From contig NMRA01000710.1 of the NCBI GenBank assembly GCA_002633005.1, positions 129,960 to 188,517 on the forward strand: a stretch of DNA of 58,558 bases, written 5' to 3'. Made by a program: the position numbers and the translations under genes. The stretch is from Phoronis australis (Eukaryota; Animalia; Phoronida). Every line of letters starts with the position of its first letter. Position 1 is the stretch's first letter. Of the stretch, positions 24,501-36,532 are shown one piece after another. The notes beneath the pieces were generated by a model. It worked only from the letters and a program-made list of their open reading frames with translations. It was not told where the DNA came from and searched no databases.

Positions 24501-26002
24501 TTCAAACGGATGCGATGAACGCTGTGCTCCTTAGTGACAATTTCATTTTTCCGTTTTCCTCTGTTTCTCTGAAGTTCCTTGACGAATTTTCATGAAATTA
24601 TTTTGCGAATAGCTTTCTTTTAAGGAAACGATGAAATTTTCTGGTATTTAGACGGATTCGACATATTTTTGCGCCATCTAGTGGCAATTTTTTACCGTTT
24701 TCTAGTCTGATTTTGGCGTCCGCCCACTGTCAACCAAAACACTCTTAGGATGATTGTAAAAATTAGGTCATATGTTTTTAGCTTGAAGAGGACGGTTGAC
24801 TATGATTTTCCGACTTCAATTACTGTGGCGCCTCCTAGTGTCAGTTTTTTGCGCCCTAAGCTGTATCTCATAACCTCTTTGCAAGATCTTTATTAAATTT
24901 AGTAAGTGTATTTATATGAAGTTAGCAACGGAAGACGACAAATTTCAGATGGATTCAAAAAACTCTCTGCCCCCTAGTGTCAATTTCATTTTTTCGTTTT
25001 CCTCTGTTTCTCTAAAAATCCTTGACGGATTTTCATAAATAGCTTTCTGTTGAAAACGGTGACATTTTCCCTTTTTAATGGATTTTAAGTACTTTGCACC
25101 ACCTAGATACCATTTTATGATAAAAATAAACACCCCTAATAGTACACCGTTTGCAATACATTAGTGGACGCATTTCAACGTTCCGTGTTGTTCTTGTTAT
25201 TGTTTTTACTGTCTTTACTGTTATTTCGCTTTCGCCCTCTATCAACCAAATGACCCCAAGCATGATTGTGAAAATTGTCATATATCTTTTTCGCCCATAG
25301 CTGCATCTCTGAAACACACTGCAGGATCTTCATTAAGTTTAGCATGTTTATTTATATGAATTAGACACCGGACGAAGACGACTTTGAGACGGATCAAACT
25401 GACGCTGTTCCGCTAGTGGTATTTCTTCCCGTTTCCCCTGTTTTCCAGAAGTTTATTGACGGAGTTTTATGAAATTTTATGAATAGCTTTCTATTAAAGA
25501 ACTGGTGATATGTTCTCTTATTCGGATAGATTCGACGTATTTCGTGCCGTCTAGTGGTCATTTTTACTGTTTTCTGGTCATTTGCTTTTGGTGTCCGTCC
25601 CTCTATCAACCAAACCACTCCAAGAATGATTGGGAAATTGGCATATATGCTCTTAGTGTGAATATGGTTTTCCGACGACTTCGACAATTATGGCGTCTCC
25701 TGGGGGGGGTTTGGTTTTTGCACTCATAGCTTTCTCTGCTAAACCCACTGCAGGACCTTTATTAAATTTAGGAAGTGTTAGAAAGTTGACAACGTACGGC
25801 GATGACCTTTAGGCGGATCCGACGAACGCTGTGCCCCTTGTGGCAATTTCATCTATTAAAAACGGATGGCCTGTTTTCGGATAGATTCGGCGTATTTTGC
25901 GCCATCTAGTGGGCATTTGTATGATACAAATAAACACACCCTAAAAGCACACCGTTTGCGGTGCATTCGTGGGCGCATTTCACCGCTCCGCGTTGCTCTT
26001 GT
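21596..26002 (+). mobile_element. Nested HINE-like elements (outer 21596-26002, inner ~21942-25198) with an unrelated ~1.55-kb insert (~22871-24430)
   Basis: Two 5' ends (21596 TTTTATGCGCCCAC; 21942 TTTTTATGTGTCCAC) and two 3' hairpin ends (25198, 26002). The core repeat breaks after GTATCTCCTA at 22870 and resumes with GGATCTTTATTAAG near 24440. Confidence 0.7.
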
Positions 26003-28378
26003 ATTCATTTTATGTAGTCAGCACTTTTTAACAATTTGGTATTGAAAGCGTTTCAATGGTATGCCCATTAATCAAAAGACGTGCTTCTTGCTTAGCTGGA
26101 ATGGCTTTTAAATTGAGATGTAGCTGAAAACAGCCATGGTACTGAATGTCCATACAGTGTTTTTGACATTGACGTCACCGACATAGTACATGTAAATAGG
26201 GCATATAACCATTCAGTGGTGATGTTTTGATTTGAAATATCCAGGTTTTCTTACCGTGCTGAAACGCCTAAAGACCTGCGTTCAGTCCAAGAAGTGGAAT
26301 TTTGATTACGACTTGTTCTCAACTTGTTCCTTACTCCGAAGTGCTTTTCAAAGAACTGACATCTCATTTTTCAAATCTGCTTGCCGAGCCTGGTCGCAAA
26401 CCCATGATCTGTCAGTGCTTTCGAAAACATGAAAACACCCAGTTAGAATTAGGACCAATTTGTGGTCAATTTCATCAGGGCAAGTGCTTTAAATCAAAAA
26501 CTGGTTTTCGCGATGGAAGCCAGCGTTGTTGTGATTTAAGTAGGCTTTTAGTTAGTTTTACTCCGCGTTCACTGTCAACCACCTGCGCCAGTTGTTTGTT
26601 TGCTACTGTTTACAGGGCACCTACATTTCCTTGCCCACGCACAAAATTCATCTGTTGGACATGAGATTCCCTTCCCTCGCACGCATACTTTCAGTTTCGG
26701 ACAAGTTAAATCGACTTAATCGCAAAGTTGTTTGCTGACAGACCAAAAATACTCACTCACATTAACAGTGCTACCTCCCCGCAGCTGATTTGCAAACAAA
26801 CCATTTAAACCAGGCTATGCGAACTGGTCTGAGATAAGAGAAAGACGTCCGATGGTATGCCATAGCGTTCGCGGGCAGGGCATTATGTTCGGGAATAGGA
26901 TTGGTCTGTCCCAGAGACGCAAAAGTGTTCCTGGAGGGAGAGTACGTCCCCGAAAGAGGGAAAGGCGCGCGTGAGAGTTTTGTTTGGAGTTATGTCGGAG
27001 ACGTAGCTGCACAATGATGTCTCGCATGGTGACATGGTGTAGAACGTCTACGACGACGTGTTTGTACGGCGTCAGTGAAACTATGTTATAAGCATTTGGT
27101 ATTCTCAGCTTGTCTTACTTAAGTAATATCGTGGTTCTCTCCGCCAAAAATTCCAAAATACGCATGGAATATAAATGTAAATTATAAGTTGTAGCAACCA
27201 CCCCAAACCAAGATTGTCTATTATTTGTTGTGCATGTTGCTAGCGAGCTTTCGTGTTGAGCTAGAAATGTAACGGCAACTTCGATCACGCGCGGCTGAGT
27301 TTGGACTGCATGCTTGGGCAATTGTTCTGCTTTCGTTTGTTCCGATGCTGTGGGATACAGTGCTTAGAGGGGAGCACTTTTTAGGGTGTTTTTTGACCCA
27401 ATGGCACCAAACCTTGTCAAAACAGAAGATCACCTGCTTACGATTCTGCGTTTCGGGAAGCCTTCCGTTGCCCCTAAAACTTTGCGCAACTCCGTCGTTC
27501 TTCAACCGAATGATATCATATCAACAGAGTCGTCATTAGAAAGCCATTCAAGGGCTCTTGATGGTGTAAGACTACACCTGAAGAAAAAAATAAACAAATT
27601 GAATGTTATTGATGTGTAACTAATATTTTACATATCTGTCCGGCTAATAAAATGTTGTTTAATTCTACAAACCAAGGGTCTTGCCAAAAATACGAAAAAT
27701 AACAAATATTGTAATAACTAAACCCTTCGTGCACTGCTTGGCTCTCCTGGTGTGAACGATAAAAGTGGAAAGTTAAATAATAAACTGGTATAAAAATTGA
27801 ATTAAATTCAAATAGAATAATTGGTTATAAGTTACTAAAGTAATAGAATTAAATTTCCTTGAAATACCTAAGTTTAAATACATTCAGTTTTTAAATTTCA
27901 ACTCAAGACACTCGTGGCTAATCCCATGAAATCTTGAGGTCTCGAGGTCTAACACTGGAATGCTTAGGTCACGCGCCAGAGTTGGCATTCCATTCCTAGT
28001 GTTACATGGTATGAGAAGGTTTACCTATCTCAAATCATTACATTTAAGAATGTTAAACTTATGGCCACTCCTTAAACTTAATCGTTCCTTCACATTCGCC
28101 AATTGAGATTAAGGAATGAGCTTCGTCAGTCAAAAAATGTCGGTAAAATATACATGTTTAGTGTGTTCCGTTTTGTGTTTACCTATTTTACGATTAACAA
28201 TTTAAATGTTTTGTAAAACGTGGGCGAGTTTTCCGCGGAAACCTCATTCCATAAGGCGGCAGTTGAGTGAGTACCCATGATGCTCGACTCGACTGTCAAT
28301 CGTTACGGTGGTGGTGTATAAAAATAAACTTGACCTTAAAAATCCACAGTAACATCTCGTACTCACGAACACAAGTAA

Positions 28379-28914
28379 AGTTTGAATAAAGACAACTTTT
28401 TTAAAATTCACTATTTTCAAGTTTTATTCACAGAATAAATGCCAGGATGGCTACAGGTACTGTCAATACACAGAAAATTCCAATACAAGAACAGGATTTG
28501 CTGGCAATCAGCGAATCACAACTCAGTGTAGCCGTAAGAATTCACATGTCTTTAGACACTTGGAAAAAAATGCTGCTTGAAGAGAGGCCGTTGGGAACAC
28601 AGCTTTACGATTATTCACAGCGATTGTAATCGTTATCGCTGGAAATTGCGTGAAGCTATTCACGTTCGGTGTTCGAAAACGTTCTCCCCCATTGCACAGG
28701 TTTCTCATGATTTGGTGACACTTTAACACTGAGCTGTGATACGCTGATTGCTAGCCAATCCTGATCTGGTATTTTTGCGGGTTTGGAATTTTCTGCTTAC
28801 TGTTCCTGTAGCCATCCTGGCGTCCATTCTCTGAATAAAGCTAGACAATGGTGGATGATTTGACTCTCAAACTTGTCGCTACATTTTCGAAAAATTGATG
28901 TCTTTATTCAAACT
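28379..28914. mobile_element. Fold-back/MITE-like element with ~150-190-bp imperfect inverted arms
   Basis: The left arm 28379-28529 (AGTTTGAATAAAGACA..GCCAGGATGGCTACAGG..CAATCAGCG..CACAACTCAGTGT) is the reverse complement of the right arm 28727-28914. Confidence 0.75.
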
Positions 28915-29390
28915 GAACTTAAAAAGCATATTATATTCAGTTAAGTTAAAAAATATCTATAGGTATATCGAGGGTGCCTATTTGTGACTTACATATACGT
29001 TTTAATTTAACTGTCGAGAAATATCTACAAAATTACAAAGCTCATTGTAGTAAAAGTGATTAAAGTTTACCAAAATGGAAGATACAGTCACGGAAAAACA
29101 ATAACACAATTTGGTAGGTATTAATGTTTCAGATAAAATCTCAACAACGCTGTTAAAGTTTTGTGTTTGTTTGTGCGACTCAAAATTTTTTATATTTCCC
29201 GTTTTCCTGGTTTCATTTGAATCTCGGATACGATGTTCCGTACTTATTCAAATTATGTTTCCTTTTGCCCGCAGATTCTCAGGTTGCATTTAAGATCCCG
29301 GCTTAGGTTTGCACCGAGTCGTTTGTTGTTATTCCACATTTTGTTTGTGAAGACAAAATGGTGTTTCACCGTATACATTCTGCATTTCAG

Positions 29391-29474
29391 CCCTGCCCTG
29401 ACGCACTGTTTAATTTTTTTGCCGACCATCTGTTGATTGTCGCTGGTGTCGCTATTGGGATTGGTTGCGTTATG
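29391..29474 (+). CDS. Tetraspanin exon 6: last EC2 Cys and first half of TM4
   Basis: TTTCAG acceptor; PCPDALFNFFADHLLIVAGVAIGIGCVM; GTAAGT donor; 84 nt, phase 0. Not in the ORF track. Confidence 0.93.
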
Positions 29475-31479
29475 GTAAGTGTACACGGAGTTTTCAATGA
29501 TTTATACATTTGATCGTATTTTGATAAGATGATTATTCCATGGATTGAATTTTCGTGGCCAAAATTGACGAGATGGAAGTTTTTGTTGTGTCATAGGCTG
29601 AGGAGTCTTTCTGATGTTTTACTTGATAAGAAAACTTCGCGGGAAATAGTCTTTTTTGGTTGAGATGCTCCTACATCCAAGGAACCCAATATGCGTCTAC
29701 GAAATGTACAGGGGCAGATTTAAGAACGCCCTTCGCCATTGGATGAATGTACATGGTAATTTTAGGCCCGATCCCCTCCTCATGGGCACCTAAAAATGTC
29801 GTTGTGATTGTTTAACTCATGCCAACTGGCGCATAAAGTTTAATCGCAGTGACGCCACGTCTGTCCTTACGCGTTGCATTCAGTGTGTAGTACAGCATCA
29901 ACGACGCCACCTATCGAAACAAGTGTCAGTGATCGAAACAACACCATTAGCGCCGGAACTTGCATACTGTGGATTACTGTGTTTGGTTTACAGGTAGCCG
30001 TTCAGACCAATCACCAACCAAATACTTCAGTTGGCGCGACTTTTTTCTATCTGAGATTGCGCTTCTGTTAGTTGCGTACAATCAGTTGCGTTTCTGCCTG
30101 CTGTCTGCCGCTCATTTTTGCGCCCTCCGCCGTCAGTGGAGCGAGGCCCTCGGGAACGAATCCTCCAAAGGCTACGGCAGTGTGTCCGTGAGACCTGTTT
30201 TCCTTCTCAATTTATTTTCAAATCGGCTAAGTCGACGTTTTCAATATGAATACAAACCTAAATTAATTTCTAGTCTCGTTTGTCGCTGCGTCCGAACTTT
30301 TGTTTTGGTAACCAAGACCTTTTACAGCCACGGTCTTTCATTCTGTCTCTGTAGAACCAAATCCCGGGCTTGTTTAGTATAACGCAAAGTTCGCTGGTTC
30401 CTTGCGTGTCGCTAGATGGTAGAGAACGCACGCAAGTATCCTTTAATTTTCCTGGGGAGTTTTTTACACCGGCGATTCTGATTGGCTTGTCCAATTCTCA
30501 ACTGGTAGCGCTTTACGCAAACAAACTGGCATGACTGCTGGAGGAAGTGTAAATGTGATCTGTTGTACAGACAAATCGGTGCTTAATTCATGTTCAAGAA
30601 ATGTGAATCCCAGAAAATTGTGGTTGCGCGTTTTTGCAGTGCATTTTTGTACTGTCGCTGACTTCTTTACGTCCTGTATTCATACAGTATGAATAACATA
30701 CCGGTTAAATCGGCCAGATAAGTGTACATGTATGTGCTTCAAGCACGCAGCTGTTAAACATTACTGCAGAAACGAAATAGTTGCTGCTACGCCACTTGCA
30801 CGACTAGTCTAAAAATCGTTTATAGTCCTCCATTTTATCTCTTTGTTGCATAGCTAACCAATGATTGCCGACGTTACATCAACCAGTGAAAAAGCGCGTG
30901 CTACTGAATGATACCTGCGTGTGATATCTACACGCAGAGAACCAGCGAGAATGCAAAGATGCAGACAGGCATGACGGGGACTCGTGAAAGTGTGTGAATG
31001 ACCTACTTGTTCCATACACACGTATCACCATGAGAGAGAGCAAATTGGTATTCGTTTTTTGTATCAAACTTCCGTTTACGATGCTGGGCTCAAAACTATG
31101 CGGAAGAGAATTTTCGCGAATGAAAGCACATTTCAAGGTCCCACTTCATAAGCTATACAATTTTATTCGGTGCACTTTTGGTAGGCCTACAGGAGTACAT
31201 TGACCGCAACACCTGACGGCTTGCAAGTACACAATTTACAAGTTTAACATTCCTCCTCATAGCTAAGTACTTGAATTATCATTCTAATGAAGTGTTGCGT
31301 AGTCGTGGACCGTTTGCTTTGCAGTCAAGGTGAGCTATTCCACAGGAAAATATTTGATGTCCAGTTGGTAACAAATATGATTGTGACGCAATTTCCATGG
31401 CGGTGAAAAAGGGAGTTTGCAAATATTGGCGCCAGTACTACCAGGCATCTCCCAATCGAAACTGGTTAAAGTCGAGTAG

Positions 31480-33632
31480 AGTTTTTGCTGTTCGTAGGTG
31501 GATTTTTTTCACTTTGTCCCTCATTCGGTTGTCGTTTTGTCTGAGTGTCCGCTCGTTATTTCTAAAAACCCCTGGCTGGATTTTGACAGAATTTGACACG
31601 ACAGTGTCTGTCATCAACTGAACGGGTCATGCCAGTTTTCAATCCGTCCTGCCCCTTAGGTTAGAGATGTGGCTTTTTCTAACATTTCCAGGTGATATCT
31701 AGAAAACGGATAGACGGATTTAAATGAAAAAGTCTGTGGTATCAATGCGCCGACATGATTAATTTTTCGGGTAGATTCGATCACTGCAGCACCTCCTATT
31801 GGCCACTTCGTTCTCGACGAGGGTCTTAATAAATGCTGGTTTTGGGGAAGAACGTTTCCGGATGATATCTGTGGGAACCGATTGGCGAGGTCTAATGAAA
31901 CTTGACATAGAGGCACATGGTGTGATTGTGTCGAAACCATTTGACGAGAAGGATTTCATGTGCTGTTTGGGGAAGAGGGTTTTTGAATGGCATCCAGAGA
32001 ACCGATTGATGGATTTTTGAAACTTTACAAAGTCACATGTATATTTGATGACCATATGCCGGCCCAATTTTGTCCTCGAGAATGGGTTTTTCAAATGTTG
32101 ATAAATTTAAAGAACTACTCGTCATCTTTCAATCGACTTTGACTAAGCGGTATATGATGACAATGCGCTGACATCATTTGATTTTCGGGCTGATTCGGCT
32201 GCTGCCGAGCCTTCTAGTGGCCATTGTGTGGGAGAGCGATTTCGGATGGTATGTAGAGAACCGTGTGAAGGATTTTAATGAAAGACGACACAGAGGTTTG
32301 CGATGACTATGCGGCGGCGCTGTTTAATTTTGCGGGCGGATTCGACCAGTGTAACACCTCGTAGAGATCATTCTGTTATTGACAAGAGGCTTTTCAAATG
32401 TGGGTTTGGGGAGAAGAGCTTTTCCGCATGATATCTAGAGAACCGATTGGCGGATTTCATTGAAGCTTGACGAAGAAGTATATGATGAGATGCGCCGGCA
32501 CCATTTGACTTTCTACTGATTCGACTACTACAGTGCTTCCAAGTGACCATTTTGTGTGAGAGCGTCTCCAGGTGACATGTAGTGAACCGAGTGAGAGATT
32601 TGAATGAAAGTTCACTCAGGTTTGCGATGACAATGCTGCAACGCCATCTTGTGTTCTCAGGCGGATTCGACCAATGTAGCACCTCCTAGTGGCCATTTCG
32701 TTTCCGACTTGAGCTTTTAAAGTGTTGTTTGGGGAAAGAGAGTTTATGAACGATATGTAAAGTACTGGGCAATAAACAGATTTCATTGAAACTTGACATA
32801 GAGTTATATTATGTGATTACGCCCAATTTTTTTGGTTTTGGCCGTCTTCGACGACTGAAGTGCCTCATATTGGCCATTTTGTGTGAGTTGGTTTCCAGAC
32901 GATGTGTAGAAAACTGTGTGAAAGATTTAAATTAAAGTTGGCACAGAGGTTTACGATGACAATTCGGCGGCACCATTGAATTTTTGGGCGCACTGCTTAG
33001 CGGTCATTTTTTCGGCATGGGCTTTTGAAGTGTTGTGTGGGTGAAGAACATTTCCGGATGTACGCGGATTTCTCTGAAACTTAACACAGAGGTATATGAT
33101 GTCAGTATGCCATCACCATTGAAGTTTTGGGCGCATTCGTTTACTGTACACTGTAGCACGTGCTAGTGGCAATTTGGTCTCAAGGGTTTTCATGTGTTAT
33201 TTAGCGAAAGAGCAATTCTATGTCTATAAAAACGAATCGCTAATGTCAACAAAACTTGACTCAGACATATTTTAAGTCAATGGGCCGAACCGTTCGATTT
33301 TGGTATACATTTTTCCACTGCGACATTGTGACAAGTACCTTTCCATGTGTTAATGGATGTTATCTAAAGAACCGATTGATGTATTTCAATGAAGCTACAC
33401 AGTTATGTATGATGACCATATGCCGGCACCATTTTGTTCTCGAAGTACTGTTATATCTAGAAAAGTGATTGACATATTTCAATGGACCCTGAGTCAACAG
33501 TATATAGTGACAATGGAGCGTCACCATTTGATTTTGGGGCTGATTCGATTACTGCAGCACATCATTGTGGCCCTTAGAAACGTATCGTGTGCACCGTGGG
33601 CACACGTCAACCCCCTAGCGTTGTTCGTGTTT
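31480..33632 (+). mobile_element. Diverged HINE-like element of a related subfamily (5' boundary approximate)
   Basis: Tandem core repeats containing CACCTCCTAGTGGCCATTT and GAAACTTGAC; the 3' end GTGGGCACACGTCAACCCCCTAGCGTTGTTCGTGTTT resembles the family's sub-TIR/hairpin end. Confidence 0.55.
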
Positions 33633-33877
33633 GAAACAGTTTGAAACTGAATGCATACTCCACCAACGACACAATTTTTAAAACACTAAAATAGCTTGTG
33701 TTTTCCTTTTGCTCTTTGTGTAGAACTGCGACTGTGCACACGTGAGACCTCGGCGTTATCTGAGTTTACCCGACGTAATCCTGATGTTAATAGGTGTTAA
33801 CCCCCCTGGAAGCATCTTCTCTGTTATTGTCTCTTTTACGCATACATAAACTGTTTGTTCTGTGCTCCGTGTTGTAG

Positions 33878-33937
33878 CTGTTCGGAATGGTCTTCGCCCT
33901 GTTGATGTGTTGCGCCATCCGGGACTCGCCTAGATAA
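33878..33937 (+). CDS. Tetraspanin terminal exon 7a: TM4 end and cytoplasmic tail variant A
   Basis: Pyrimidine-rich tract plus TGTAG acceptor; LFGMVFALLMCCAIRDSPR-TAA; same length (60 nt) and register as 7b. Not in the ORF track. Confidence 0.88.
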   Translation: MFGMVFALLMCCAIRDSPR

Positions 33938-36146
33938 GGTTTGCGCACGCATATTTTGAGGTTAATTTCAGTCTTTCCTTGTTTCTACTGAATGCGCCTG
34001 GCATGATGAACACTTAAGTGTGCCTCTCCGCTTAACTAGAGATACAAGAGTTTGTTTTGGGCACTTGGACCTCATGATCTTACCCAAGTGATTTACAAGA
34101 TAAAATTTCCATTGTACAAACTGTTATTTCGCTAAGTAGTTTGCTTGTTTCTACACAGTTGTTCAAGCATAAATTGACACGGTTGGACACGATGGCACCT
34201 TTAGTTATGATTACAACAAGCCACCGTGAGAGGACGCGTGGAGCAGTTTTCCCTTCTCTTTTTACTACCAGGGACTCTTCCCCTAGAAATAAATTGTCCA
34301 CCTGGTGTGGTCAACATCAAAGTTCGCATTTTGTTTACATTTAATCGAAATAGAGAATTTGATACAATAGTGAAAAGCAGTATTTAGGTCATTGGTTCTT
34401 GTCCATATTCTGGGCTCCCCCTTTATTATCTTTAGGATTACACCACAGACACTTTGACCTATTTCGAGAATGTCAAAATCATGTCCACATGGTGGTTTGC
34501 ATTTTGCCTCAGCGTGGGGTCTGTCATTTTTGAACAGTCGCGTTACGTGTGTTCATAAAACCTATTGGTAAAGCACAACTCCAAATGTGACTTGCGCACC
34601 TACGCATCACATCGACTGATGTGGGAGTACGGTGGTATTCTTTCAGCAATCACACTTCCGTCAGGGGAACCATCTGCATGCATGTGCTTGTTAAACGGTA
34701 TAAAGATATGGCGATTTTTGAAGCGGTTGTAAGTCCGACTTCCGTCACAAAAACTTTTGGCTGAGATCTGCTAACATTATGAAATATGTTTCACATTTTT
34801 CCTTGTCAGTGTTTGAAAACAATTGACGGTTCGTTATTGTTCAACTCCAGGCTCTACATGTTGTCTTGTGACGTCATATCATTTATTCGTGAAGCGTGGG
34901 GTCGAGAAATGACAAACAATCAATTTTTTGAAAGACCAAAAATTGTCATCTGAATGGAGCATAAGTTGAGACATATGTTACAGCGGTAAGCTGTCTAACT
35001 CGAAAGTTGTGGTCTTCGAAAGTATGTGTGTTTATATCTCCTTAATTAGCATTCATTGTTAGACATTTGTTTTGAGCTGCAAATGACAACCTTGTTTGTA
35101 TTTATTTCCCAACTTTTGTTAACAGTACGATTAAGTCTGATCTTTTCATGTGTCCACTAAACATGTACATGTAGAGCCATAGTATCAGCGCCCTATCTGT
35201 CTGACTTCCGGCCTCCTAGATCTTATAATCTGACACCAGAATAGCTGCAGGGATGCACCTGCATCAGTCGATCTTATCTTCAGATAGCATCTCCCACCGC
35301 GCTGGTGATCATTCCAATGTTGCTTGTCGTTAATTATTGTCAAAACAGCTTGACAAATTTTGACAAAATTGGACATGAGCATATATGGCGACAGGCTCAT
35401 TTGAGTGCATATTTTCTCCAAAGTTTTCCAAATCAGTCATTTTTTGACGGCACTTGACAGAAGTAATATATACGCTGGCACAACGTGATGTTATCGTTTT
35501 AGCAGCATTTGTTGTTCATTTTTGTAATAGATATTGCGTATTTCCAGATTATTGTTGAAACGCTACACATATTTTGATGAAACTTGAGCCAAATGTTTAC
35601 GGTAGAGCTCGCTAATCTTCTTTTTTCTTAGTTTTGTAAATCCAGTCTTTGTACATCATTGGTTGCTGATCCTTTGTTTGAATGCACATGTAGGTTAGCT
35701 GCAATAAACACCTGCGATTCACACATGGGTATTTTGTAAGAAGCAAGACTTTATCGCACCTATTAACCAGTTAAAATACCAGAATTCTTATGTCTTTAGA
35801 CAAACCATTGGTGTCAAGACTCGTTCACTTTCTTTGAAACGCTCTGGGCTTTCTTCTCCCAAAGCCAAGTATTTTGTTATCGCGAAATATTGTTCTTTAT
35901 CTGACAAAGGTGTAGATGGTGGATTTTAATCGCTACAGGCAGGAATTATCCATCCTGAAACAGGACTCGTGTACCTGTGTTGAAGGCAGTGTAGTGGTGA
36001 ACGCTACGTTCACCACAGCAAGGAATGAACTGACTTTCCGCTACGGTTCACGTGGCAAACATTTTTGTCGTGGGAAATTAACTTACATGAATCAAACCGG
36101 TATGGAACTCTGCAAGATGTTTTACCTTGATCTTTATCTGTTTCAG

Positions 36147-36206
36147 TTGATGGGCATGGCTTTTTCGATGGTCCTCTGCTGCGCGATAAGGAAGGCGTCG
36201 GATTAA
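36147..36206 (+). CDS. Tetraspanin terminal exon 7b: TM4 end and cytoplasmic tail variant B
   Basis: TTTCAG acceptor; LMGMAFSMVLCCAIRKASD-TAA; candidate AATAAA at 36658-36663. Confidence 0.92.
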   Translation: MMGMAFSMVLCCAIRKASD

Positions 36207-36428
36207 AGTTACAATTTAAACAGCGACATCAACATACAACGTACATACTATTTTTAAATACTTGTGTGTGTTTCACCATGTACATTGCAACGAATTAAGT
36301 TTTGTATGCTTATGCACCCGCTTCGACATAGTGACTGTTACCAACACGGCGTCTTTGATTGAAAGTTTGTGTGTTCATGGTTTTATGATACACTATATGA
36401 AGTGGCCTGGAATATGAAGCTTACGCCG

Positions 36429-36532
36429 TAGAGAGAGAGAGAGAGGGGAAGAGGGAGAGGGAGGGAAGGAGGGAGGGAGGGAAGGAGGGAGGGAGGGAGA
36501 GGGAGGTGGGAGGGGGAGGGAGAGTAGGGGGG
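36429..36532 (+). repeat. (GA)n/(GGGA)n polypurine tract
   Basis: Visible agagag/gggaggga run just downstream of the tetraspanin stop codon. Confidence 0.9.

Noticed and set aside
5652-26000. Numerous 60-180-aa ORFs within the intronic repeats
   Set aside because: They fall in HINE-like core repeats, have no recognisable domain and differ in frame between copies.
27340-27384. FRCCGIQCLEG, a possible third CCG exon
   Set aside because: No AG acceptor before the Phe codon, no DY or PxxC, and an in-frame TAG after 14 codons.
35916-36146. 77-codon open frame upstream of and in frame with exon 7b, containing a SEA-like GSVVV
   Set aside because: A canonical polypyrimidine/TTTCAG acceptor sits at 36146, an extension would disrupt TM4, and there is no other SEA-domain similarity; probably chance.
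20997-36206. Second tandem tetraspanin gene as the explanation for duplicated exons
   Set aside because: No second start exon or second TM1-TM3 or exon 6 sequence found, and the duplicates are interleaved around a single exon 6.
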